Assembly (NCBI GenBank): GCA_016432445.1
Contig: CP066689.1
Span: forward strand, 990,001-1,022,000
Length of the DNA stretch: 32,000 nt
Direction of reading: 5' to 3'
DNA from: Candidatus Saccharimonadota bacterium
Lineage (GTDB): Bacteria > Patescibacteriota > Microgenomatia > UBA1406 > GWC2-37-13
Notes under the pieces: model-generated
Told to the model about the DNA's origin: nothing
What the model saw: the letters and a program-made list of their open reading frames with translations, nothing else
Databases searched by the model: none
Made by a program: the position numbers and the translations under genes
In this document: one piece after another, positions 1-8,111 of the stretch
Layout of the letters: each line of letters opens with the position of its first letter
Numbering within the stretch: position 1 is the stretch's first letter

Positions 1-615
1 CGAAATAAATATGGATTTGTATTTAGCCAAAATGGTTATTATGAAGTCGCAAGTATCGGTAATGTAAGAGAAAGATACGGATTACCTATGGCCATCGAAC
101 ATTCAGGCAATCACGCAAAGCTCGTTTTAAAAATATTTAAAGATCAAGATCAATGGAAAATGATTTATTGGAATCCATATAATAGTGATGAATTAACTGG
201 CGATCTTAATCGCGCGCCAATAAAAATTGAGACAATTGATGGATTAGAAAAAGTAACAGATTCTTCAACAGATGAAGAAGTAAAAGGAATACTAGAAGCT
301 AATAATTTAGCGATTGATCGGGAAATTTTAGGAAAAATCATCAGTGACCCCAATTATAACTACGATCTTACTTTCGCTGATGATCGAAATCTTACTGATT
401 CAGTAAAAGCCGCCAAATCAGGGTATCTACAACCTCATAGTGATGCCCAAAACTGTGTTGTTTTTTGCGTTTTTAATGCTGTCTTAAGAGCCGCAGCTAA
501 ATGGCCTGAAGGAAAGTGTCCACCTGAGTTTGCAGAGTTTCAAAAAACCGGCCGGAAAAAATTTGAAGAAGATTTTGGCATCACCATAGCTACTAGAGAA
601 CAACTCACTTCATAA
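1..615 (+). CDS. Partial CDS (5' end outside window): C-terminal CE-clan (Ulp1/SENP/adenain-type) cysteine-protease-like domain
   Basis: Frame 1 is open from nt 1 (RNKYGFVFSQNGYYEVASIGNVRERYGLPMAIEHSGNH...), so the ATG at 88 is probably internal. Ordered candidate catalytic residues are His (112-114, GNHAKLVLKI), Asn in the Asp position (172-174, MIYWNPY) and Gln-x7-Cys (LQPHSDAQNCVVF, Cys 454-456). It is clearly paralogous to residues ~330-500 of the 17205..20717 product (ERYxLPMAI; KKFE[EQ]DFGI[TR]I). Confidence 0.6.
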   Translation, partial: RNKYGFVFSQNGYYEVASIGNVRERYGLPMAIEHSGNHAKLVLKIFKDQDQWKMIYWNPYNSDELTGDLNRAPIKIETIDGLEKVTDSSTDEEVKGILEANNLAIDREILGKIISDPNYNYDLTFADDRNLTDSVKAAKSGYLQPHSDAQNCVVFCVFNAVLRAAAKWPEGKCPPEFAEFQKTGRKKFEEDFGITIATREQLTS

Positions 616-666
616 ATCTTGACTCAACCTACAAAGTTGCCTCTGCATTAATACTTATTGTCTCAA

Positions 667-1164
667 TTAGTTAAACTTTTCTTCAGGACTGGGAGGGACT
701 GGGGCAGGAGGCGGAGGCGGAGGTGGAGCCATATCAACTGGATTAATGGAAACCGGCTCCTCTACTTTTTGAGCTGATTGGACTTGCCCTGAGCTTGCTT
801 GCAGTGAGCCTGTCGAATCTGCCGAAGGGGTAACTGGCAAAAGATAGGCCGTGCGGAAGTTTAAAAGAACTGCGGCAATCTCTACGTCAAGATTAGGAAT
901 TTTATCCATGAAAAATTTATTTAGCTCATCATCCGTCGGATTTTTATCCAAAAATTCATCAAGAGCAATCTGGTCTTTTTTAGACAGAAGATTTAAAAGA
1001 TGCAGGTTGATATCTTCATTTATTTGCTTTAAAAGTTCTTCTCTAACCAGATTTTTATTTTGATCGTTGACATGAGGATCTTTTCGATCGCGAATTAAAT
1101 CATCAACATAACTTAAAAGAGCCGCCTGATCCATCGCCGCCTTATCATTTGAATTGTTTTGCAT
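667..1164 (-). CDS. Small helical protein with a C-terminal polyproline tail; resembles DUF5663-type small proteins of Patescibacteria (from memory of the family pattern)
   Basis: 165-aa ORF. The pattern LLNLLSKKDQIALDEFL...DDELNKFFMDKIPNLDVEIAAVLLNFRTAYL matches my recollection of DUF5663. The tail is MAPPPPPPPAPVPPSPEEKFN. A good promoter candidate lies upstream. Confidence 0.6.
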   Translation of the reverse strand: MQNNSNDKAAMDQAALLSYVDDLIRDRKDPHVNDQNKNLVREELLKQINEDINLHLLNLLSKKDQIALDEFLDKNPTDDELNKFFMDKIPNLDVEIAAVLLNFRTAYLLPVTPSADSTGSLQASSGQVQSAQKVEEPVSINPVDMAPPPPPPPAPVPPSPEEKFN

Positions 1165-1204
1165 AAGTGTATATAAACTTGTCCCTCCGAAGGGGAATGA
1201 TTTT

Positions 1205-1233
1205 ATAATAAGTTAAATTTTAAATATTGTCAA
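1205..1233 (-). promoter_or_regulatory. Sigma70-like promoter candidate for the 667..1164 gene
   Basis: On the minus strand: TTGACA (complement of 1228-1233), a 17-nt spacer, then TATTAT (complement of 1205-1210). It lies ~40 nt upstream of the ATG at 1164. Confidence 0.45.
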
Positions 1234-1240
1234 ATTAATT

Positions 1241-4200
1241 TCAAGCTGGCACAGTTTTATCCCCCACTTTATTATCTCTCCAATTTGGATCAGCCGCTTC
1301 ATGTTCAGAATATCCTGGTTTGTTATTATAATTTAGTGATCTAAATTCATTCAGCTTATATTTTAAAGCATTTGTGCCTGGCCGTCTTGGAGCATTTTCA
1401 GGCTTACCTCCACTTTTTTTAATCCTGTTGTTTTCAAATTCTTGCCATCGAGGATCGTCAGCTAGTCTTTTTAAAATTTCTTCTATTTCTACCTGCGAAT
1501 CTCCATAAATTGCCACCCGCGCATCAGTCGGAAGTAATCCATCATATTTACCTAATTCTTTGTTTGTTTCGCCAACCTTATAAGCTCCCATTAACCATTT
1601 GAAGTCTAATCGGTCATGTCTTTTTTTCCTTTCCTCGCCAACCTTCATCAAAAGATCCAGCACTCCTGGAAAATCTTCAGGTTCAATCATAAGGTAACCT
1701 CTAAAAGCATGATCGCTATCACTTTTTATTGGAGATCCATAAACTATCCTTTGCCACTTAAATTTGTTATCCACTCCCGTTGAAAATAAATTTTCTTGTA
1801 TCTCCCCGTTTCTCGCTTTCTCTTCAAATTGATCATAACGGTCTCTTATAACCTCTTTCAAATCACCAGGGTTGTCTTCTATCACTGATTGAGCTTCTTC
1901 TGTTTCGTTTTCTGATGGCTTAGTTTGCGGTAAAGGGGCTTTTTGTTCTCTTAATGTTTTTAAAAGCCCAGCTACATCAACGCTGTGGGACAAGAACTCA
2001 ATCCAGCGGATTTGATAGCCAGTCAATTTCCCAGCATTCAAACTCTCTTGCAAACTTTTGATTCTTTCCGACCACATTGTCTTTAATCCTTCATTGTTTA
2101 CTGTTAGTACCTGCTTCCCTGGCTCAAGCGAATTATAAGATAATAAAACATTATTAGCTTCATGATTCTTAAATGATTCAACATCATTTATTTTAAAGAG
2201 AAGTAATGATGATGGTTCCATTTCCGGCACATCATCTCCTTGCGCCTTTAACCACTCGCCCAATAGAGCTGGATTATTTTTATGAACTTGCAAAACCACA
2301 TCAGCTAGGTGTTTATAAAGCAAGGCTTGTTTAGCTGCAGTTTCAGCTGAAGCGGCTGATACAGCCAATAGTCCTGAATCATTTTTAGTTACGGCCTCAC
2401 CATTTATAAATCTTTGATCATTTTTGCCTCTTTCTGGAGTATCAGTCAAATCCCAAGCCCACGGCACAACCTTATCATTAGTCTTCCATTCTAGTTTTTC
2501 CTGACCCTCTTCAGTCTTCTTTTCAACTATAAAAAAAGGCTGTTTAGACTCAAGAGCTTTTATTTGCTCACCAGCTAAATTAAATCTGTCCGGAACATTT
2601 TCAATATAATATCCATTTTCTTTATTAACCGGTCCTGTGATTCTTTCAAAAATTGCCTGCAGCTGCAGCTCTTCGGAACTCTTAATTTCCGGCTTTTCTT
2701 CCTTTTTCTCTTTCAGACTTGATTCCAACTCTTGCAACTCGTTTTCTATTTCTTCAAGTTTTTTTTCTTCTTCTTTAGTTCGGTTAGGTTTCTTTCTTAA
2801 TTTTTCAGCTGCTTCCTGCAGATCTTTCATTTTTTTCTCCTGGTCGGAAGGACCTGGTTTAGGAGGATTAGGTTTTCCTGTTTGTCCTGGCCGGCCAGTC
2901 TGATCTGAAGGTGTACTTGTTTCCGGAGGTACCTCACCGACTCCAACACTTCTTTCAATATTTTGTCTGGCAGGGAAAGGAACAAAGAACATATCATCAA
3001 AATTTAGCTGATCCAATCCAAAGATTGGAGGACGAAGATTAACAATAGGTGTAGTTACTGTCACATTATCTTTTATAGAATCATTAAGATCAATTATTGA
3101 AAATCCTCCTGGTCCCTCAATACTGACTCCTCCTGCGCCTCTTATTGTGGCAAAAGCCTGTAAAGTCGGATAACCATCCCAAGTAGTTATACTGCCATCA
3201 GGATTGTGGATTTGACCTCCATTTGCTACTAAGCGGCCCGCTTCAATAAACCCCATCTTGCCATCAGCCCCTATATTAAATACATCTTGTCTACTATTAA
3301 GTTCAGTCGCAATATTTCCATCAGACAGACTGGAAAAAGCCTTTTTATTTATCAGCATATTACCGATTTCGCTCATTGATACAGATTGTCCATTTGGCAA
3401 AGCAACCATATGAGTATGATCATTAAGATCAATTGTTACCTTACCATCAATTACTCCATCGGCGCCATCAGGTATCCAAAATGGCTTACTCGCAAGCCCC
3501 GGAACGCTAATAGCCATACCTGCTTGACCATCTTTAATAACCTGCCCAACATCTATTGGATTAGGATTCAAACCTGTTTGGGTTGCTGTCCCCATCTTAC
3601 TCATATCTAATATCAACGTATCTCCTTCTTTAAAGGTATAAAGTCTTAACTCATTGCCTTGTGATTCTGGCTGGTCATAAGAATACCATTCGCGGTGATC
3701 AATTTTTGTTCCCATTTTTTCCCACTCAGCGGCGGCAGCCGGACCATTTATCACTTCTCCACCTCCAGTTTTAGAAAGATCGATTTTTAAAGCCGCATTC
3801 ATTGAATCAGCTCCGGTTATTTTGCCAGCTGCATCAAAGTGAGTGTTGTCTATGAGAATTTTTCCCTTACCCGGGCCATTGGCCACAATCAAATCCCAGT
3901 TGCCTTGAGTATCTTTCGTCCAAGCAGTACCTTCTGGTATTTGCGTATGGATTGTTTTTCCGCTTGCCAAAGTAATATCACTGTCAACTAATTTATTATT
4001 ATCCGCCAAAATTACTTCTTCTCTTGTTTCTGTAACCGGAGTTCCAGGAGATGAAGCAAAATCTTTTAAAGGCGAAGCCGGATCATTTAATCCAATTGTC
4101 GCTCCTGTTTTTTCATTAACTAAAGCAATATTAGGAACTCCATTATTATCAACTTTGGTAAAATGATAATCTGTCAGATCGTAGACATTGCCCGTCTTAG

Positions 4201-7200
4201 TATCAACCAAGTAATCGCCTCCACCTGGCAACTGTTCGTGTCTTACTCCAGCTCCTAGATTGATATCGACGCCATCTATAGTCTCGCGATGGAGCGGTAA
4301 TTCATCAATCGGCCAGTGTGGTACTTCAACAAAGCCTCTCACCTCTAATACTCCTTTTTGCAAAGGTGTCAAATCAGAGACAGCATGCCCGCCTAGATTG
4401 CGGATCGGTACATGTCCCCCCAGCACATCTCCCCAGTTTTTAGTGTACTGCTGAAAACCCTCTTGCAATAAATGCTGCCCTTCGGCTATAACTGGCACAG
4501 CCGCTAATGAAGCCCCCCCTCCCATAATCGCTGTTTTGGCAACCGTTTTTCCAAATCCCCGCCAATGTAATCTATTTGATATGCGTGATGCTTCACGTAG
4601 TGATCTACCATCATCAACGGTAATACGAAATTTTGGAAGGTCAGTCATAACACTATTAATATCAGCCTCTGACATATTCAATCCATTTCTCAGCCATCCT
4701 CTGATATTTTTCTCATCGTTACCCATTCTCAGTTGAGCTTCAATTACCGCAACTGACCTGTCAAAGACACCTAATCTCTGCTGTGCTCGAGGACGATACT
4801 GAATGTCTCCCCAGGTATCACCGGCCAGAAGGGTTTGAGATAATTTACTTCGACCATTCAAAACAGCGCTTTCTAAACGGCGTTGTTGTTCAACTAATTT
4901 TCCTTCCTCAAAACCAACAAAATTTTGAGTCATGTAGCCTAATTCGCGCGTATTAGATAGTTGAGTTAAGCGCATTCTGGCGCGAATCTCAGCGACCCGG
5001 GCAAAAAGTTGTTGCTGTTCTTCCTGACTTAATTGCTGTTTTTTAAGAAGTCCATTATCACCCTCCAAACCTTGCAGTAATTCTTCTGCCGATTTCATCC
5101 CCACCAATGCCCGAGACAATTCCAATCTAATGCGGGCGTCATTCGGAGTTATCCGACCTTCGGCCATTTCTTTTGATAACTGACTTAATTCCCTAGTTAA
5201 TCTTCCTCCAACGCCAAATTTTCCTACTCTAAATCCTGATTCTTTAAAACCGGCCATGAAGCTTACTCCAACCACACCACCGGCACTACGAACTAACGTA
5301 CTTGTTCCAAACATGGCTCCTGAAGCCACCCATCCAAGAGCATAAGCTCCTCCATACGTTCCAATATCTTTAACTGCAGCTAGTGCTCCAGCAAAACCTC
5401 CCCGTCCATCATACCATCGGTTTTCTCTGTTAACCAATCTTCGAGCCAGTCTTTCCACTAAAAATCCCGATTCTACTCCGCCTCTAACATTTCCAAATTC
5501 TCCTCTTCCATAAAGAATATTCAATTTGAGTTCTTCCCATTTGGTTTTGCCGCTTTCCCCTTTTTCAGTTTGATATTGGTTCCAGTTATTTTTTACAGCT
5601 TCGGCAATGTCTAAAATATTTCCACCTGCTCCAGGAGCATTTATTTCGTTTCTTAAATTAGCCGGAACCAAATTTCTAAAATCAGCAGATAAAAAATAGT
5701 TATCTACTTCAGCGACCAATTGTTCATCGGTTAAAGTACCAGCTGAATAACGGGCAATCATATCTTTTATTCTTCTATTTACCTCTATACTCGCTTCAGA
5801 GGGAAGTTGATAGCGAGACTCAGTTCTTGGGTCTAAAATTCTGTTGGCTTCAGTTAATGTTAGTCCACTTAAATTGGCATATCGCCTTCCTAATTCAGTC
5901 TGTTCTTTTAATATTCCTTTAGTATCCAATCCAATCTGATCTTTCCATTGATCTTTATTAATACTTCTTAACCATTTTTTAGCAAAAACTTGTTCAGAAT
6001 TTTGACCAATACCAAATAAACCATTTAAGGTTGAATCCCAAGCTTTCCATAAACCCCTTTGCAAAAATCCTTGACGACCCCTCATTGATCTTCCTTCAAC
6101 TAAAGCCTTGTCCATAATATCGTTTGATACGTCAACAGGGATAGCTCTGGAGCCCATTTTATCTTTAAGGATGCTATCGAAATCAGCGGAAAAACGGGTA
6201 TGCTGCATCTCAAAAACTGTCCTCAAAATTGAATTTTGCCAAATAGCTTTTATTGGGTGTCTTAACCCCCACAAGATACCTCCAACTAAAGGTCTGTTCG
6301 GAGGCACTCCTATACGACGAATATCCTCTGCCATATAGTGCTTACCTCCTCTAAGCGCAGTATAAGTAGACTGATTTTGCAAAGCCACAAGCGCCAAATT
6401 CATCTCAGTTTTTAGTCCTTCTCCAGGTTTAATAGGCGCCGGAGGTATCGGCTTTGGTTCTGGATTTGGTTTTTCTCCGTCTCCATCACCTGGAGCTGGA
6501 TTAATATCTTCAGGACCTTTTTCTTTCTTTTTCTTTTCATCTTCATCATCTTGTTCAGTCTTTTTCTTCTTTTTCTTTTCATCATCGTCTTCATCGTCCT
6601 GTTCGGTTTTTTTCTTTTTCTTTTTTTCGTCCTCATCTTCATCATCTTGTTCAGTCTTCTTCTTCTTTTTCTTTTCATCATCGTCTTCAATCACTTCCTC
6701 AAGTGAGCTTGGACCCTGTCTTCTTGCTTTAAAGTAAATTTTTTCTTGACTGCCACCGCCTTGACTTTGAGACTCGGATGTATAAGATATACGCCTTTGC
6801 ATAAGATCAGCGCCTTTTAAAGCAAAATCAAGAATATTCAATTCTTTATCTTTCAGTAAATTCTTCATTTCCTCAAGTCTAACTGTTTTCAGTTTCTTTC
6901 TTAAATTTTTTTCCTCTTCATCTGTTTTAATTTCGCCTTTTGCTTTACGATCTTTAATCTCTTTATCAATTCTTTTATCACTCCATCCTTCTCTGAAACC
7001 GGTCGTCTGAACTCCTTTATACTGTTCCACCAACCCTCCAACACCTTTTTGTCTTAATGTTTCTCTTACTTCATTTAGCTTTCCATACATTTGAGTTAAA
7101 ACTTGATCTTTGGCTGACTGCGTCGAAGGATCTGGATTTACGTATTTTGGTTGATCAAGAGTTCTTATTGCCTCAATCATCATTGTGTAAAAATGAGATC

Positions 7201-7951
7201 GCAGCGAAACTAAAGCTCGGCCTGCCTGATTTTTCTCAACTTTAGAAGACTTATCGGAATTCATTGTTTCTTCTAATTTTTTCATTTGATCCCGGTAAGT
7301 TTGTGTTTCTCCAGCTTTCTGAGTGGCGGGATCAGCAATATCAAGTAGCCGGTCAGCCACCAAAGTCATTGAGTACAAATCGCCTTGAGGCATCTCACTC
7401 GGATGTCCATTTTCATCAAAGTAATGATCGTATGGTCCCTCAACATAAGAAGGCTGACCTACATGAGCAACCTGTTTTTTTACGTCTCTTCTAAAAACTT
7501 GTCCTAATTCACTGGCTTCCTCCTCTTTTCTTATCCGATCATTTTCAACCTGAGTACCAATTATTTTGTGAGCCTCAACACCCATTAAAACAAATGGGTC
7601 GCGGTTGGCATCAATATTTGTGGTTACGAAATCAAATATTTTGTCATTTTTACCAATATACTTTTCCCCGTGACGTAATCTATCTTCGACTTCTTTCATT
7701 ACTCTAAGTTCATAGGCAGATTGTGATTCACCACTATTTTTAGGAATTAAGGATTGAACGTTAGTTATTATTTCACCTGCAGCCTTAAAGTCTTTTGAAA
7801 ATTTTGCTTTAAATTCCTGAGCTGTAACTGCAGGTTCGTCTTTTTTGTCAATTAAATTTAAATAAAGTTGGCGTTTTTTTTCCGTAGAGGGAACTCCTGG
7901 TTTTATATCCGGAGCAGGAAGTGGTAAGCCTTGTCCTTCTGTTGGTTTCAT
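1241..7951 (-). CDS. Giant (2236 aa) multidomain protein of unknown function, probably envelope-associated
   Basis: Uninterrupted 6.7-kb ORF. It has no N-terminal signal peptide. It contains a charged K/D/E tandem repeat, two Gly/Ala-rich hydrophobic segments (nt ~5245-5405 and ~4475-4550), a beta-rich Gly/Asp/Asn/Thr region (nt ~2990-4470), a Pro-rich linker, a coiled coil and a C-terminal module shared with the 1170-aa protein. Confidence 0.85.
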   Translation of the reverse strand: MKPTEGQGLPLPAPDIKPGVPSTEKKRQLYLNLIDKKDEPAVTAQEFKAKFSKDFKAAGEIITNVQSLIPKNSGESQSAYELRVMKEVEDRLRHGEKYIGKNDKIFDFVTTNIDANRDPFVLMGVEAHKIIGTQVENDRIRKEEEASELGQVFRRDVKKQVAHVGQPSYVEGPYDHYFDENGHPSEMPQGDLYSMTLVADRLLDIADPATQKAGETQTYRDQMKKLEETMNSDKSSKVEKNQAGRALVSLRSHFYTMMIEAIRTLDQPKYVNPDPSTQSAKDQVLTQMYGKLNEVRETLRQKGVGGLVEQYKGVQTTGFREGWSDKRIDKEIKDRKAKGEIKTDEEEKNLRKKLKTVRLEEMKNLLKDKELNILDFALKGADLMQRRISYTSESQSQGGGSQEKIYFKARRQGPSSLEEVIEDDDEKKKKKKTEQDDEDEDEKKKKKKTEQDDEDDDEKKKKKKTEQDDEDEKKKKEKGPEDINPAPGDGDGEKPNPEPKPIPPAPIKPGEGLKTEMNLALVALQNQSTYTALRGGKHYMAEDIRRIGVPPNRPLVGGILWGLRHPIKAIWQNSILRTVFEMQHTRFSADFDSILKDKMGSRAIPVDVSNDIMDKALVEGRSMRGRQGFLQRGLWKAWDSTLNGLFGIGQNSEQVFAKKWLRSINKDQWKDQIGLDTKGILKEQTELGRRYANLSGLTLTEANRILDPRTESRYQLPSEASIEVNRRIKDMIARYSAGTLTDEQLVAEVDNYFLSADFRNLVPANLRNEINAPGAGGNILDIAEAVKNNWNQYQTEKGESGKTKWEELKLNILYGRGEFGNVRGGVESGFLVERLARRLVNRENRWYDGRGGFAGALAAVKDIGTYGGAYALGWVASGAMFGTSTLVRSAGGVVGVSFMAGFKESGFRVGKFGVGGRLTRELSQLSKEMAEGRITPNDARIRLELSRALVGMKSAEELLQGLEGDNGLLKKQQLSQEEQQQLFARVAEIRARMRLTQLSNTRELGYMTQNFVGFEEGKLVEQQRRLESAVLNGRSKLSQTLLAGDTWGDIQYRPRAQQRLGVFDRSVAVIEAQLRMGNDEKNIRGWLRNGLNMSEADINSVMTDLPKFRITVDDGRSLREASRISNRLHWRGFGKTVAKTAIMGGGASLAAVPVIAEGQHLLQEGFQQYTKNWGDVLGGHVPIRNLGGHAVSDLTPLQKGVLEVRGFVEVPHWPIDELPLHRETIDGVDINLGAGVRHEQLPGGGDYLVDTKTGNVYDLTDYHFTKVDNNGVPNIALVNEKTGATIGLNDPASPLKDFASSPGTPVTETREEVILADNNKLVDSDITLASGKTIHTQIPEGTAWTKDTQGNWDLIVANGPGKGKILIDNTHFDAAGKITGADSMNAALKIDLSKTGGGEVINGPAAAAEWEKMGTKIDHREWYSYDQPESQGNELRLYTFKEGDTLILDMSKMGTATQTGLNPNPIDVGQVIKDGQAGMAISVPGLASKPFWIPDGADGVIDGKVTIDLNDHTHMVALPNGQSVSMSEIGNMLINKKAFSSLSDGNIATELNSRQDVFNIGADGKMGFIEAGRLVANGGQIHNPDGSITTWDGYPTLQAFATIRGAGGVSIEGPGGFSIIDLNDSIKDNVTVTTPIVNLRPPIFGLDQLNFDDMFFVPFPARQNIERSVGVGEVPPETSTPSDQTGRPGQTGKPNPPKPGPSDQEKKMKDLQEAAEKLRKKPNRTKEEEKKLEEIENELQELESSLKEKKEEKPEIKSSEELQLQAIFERITGPVNKENGYYIENVPDRFNLAGEQIKALESKQPFFIVEKKTEEGQEKLEWKTNDKVVPWAWDLTDTPERGKNDQRFINGEAVTKNDSGLLAVSAASAETAAKQALLYKHLADVVLQVHKNNPALLGEWLKAQGDDVPEMEPSSLLLFKINDVESFKNHEANNVLLSYNSLEPGKQVLTVNNEGLKTMWSERIKSLQESLNAGKLTGYQIRWIEFLSHSVDVAGLLKTLREQKAPLPQTKPSENETEEAQSVIEDNPGDLKEVIRDRYDQFEEKARNGEIQENLFSTGVDNKFKWQRIVYGSPIKSDSDHAFRGYLMIEPEDFPGVLDLLMKVGEERKKRHDRLDFKWLMGAYKVGETNKELGKYDGLLPTDARVAIYGDSQVEIEEILKRLADDPRWQEFENNRIKKSGGKPENAPRRPGTNALKYKLNEFRSLNYNNKPGYSEHEAADPNWRDNKVGDKTVPA
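6518..6690. repeat. In-frame 48-nt (16-aa) tandem repeat, about 3.5 copies, encoding EKKKKKKTEQDDED[DE]D
   Basis: The TTGTTC[AG]G landmark recurs at 6551, 6599 and 6647 (period 48). The protein reads DDDEKKKKKKTEQDDEDEDEKKKKKKTEQDDEDDDEKKKKKKTEQDDEDEKKKKEKG. The copies differ at several nucleotide positions. Confidence 0.9.
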
Positions 7952-7992
7952 TTTTATTTATCCCTTATTATTGGTATTGGTGGTATAGATTA

Positions 7993-8021
7993 ATTCTTAT
8001 AAAGATAAGAGAGAAAGTCAA
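7993..8021 (-). promoter_or_regulatory. Weak sigma70-like promoter candidate for the 2236-aa gene, within the 160-nt divergent intergenic region
   Basis: On the minus strand: TTGACT (complement of 8016-8021), a 17-nt spacer, then AAGAAT (complement of 7993-7998). AAGGGA lies ~11 nt before the ATG at 7951. Confidence 0.3.
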
Positions 8022-8111
8022 CAGCAATATTATTAAAAATTATTAAAATCATTTGCTTTTTTTTATCAGATTGTTTATTTTTAAATTTAAGGTTAAATTA
8101 TTAATAACTTT

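Noticed and set aside
1183-1199. A small CCCT-CCGA-AGGG hairpin containing GGAGG, considered as a terminator for the 2236-aa gene or as the Shine-Dalgarno sequence of the 165-aa gene.
   Set aside because: The stem is only 4-5 bp with no adjacent U-tract. The GGAGG lies ~20 nt from the ATG, too far to serve as an SD.
6412-6690. A 92-aa minus-strand ORF, MKTMMKRKRRRRLNKMM..., and many other 60-110-aa ORFs inside or antisense to the giant genes (e.g. 851-1063, 2637-2903, 4260-4736, 9095-9619, 10425-11182, 14294-14892, 15103-15960, 17624-18893).
   Set aside because: They are alternative-frame or antisense readings of long, well-supported ORFs. They have low-complexity composition (S/F/L/K/R-rich) and no start context of their own.
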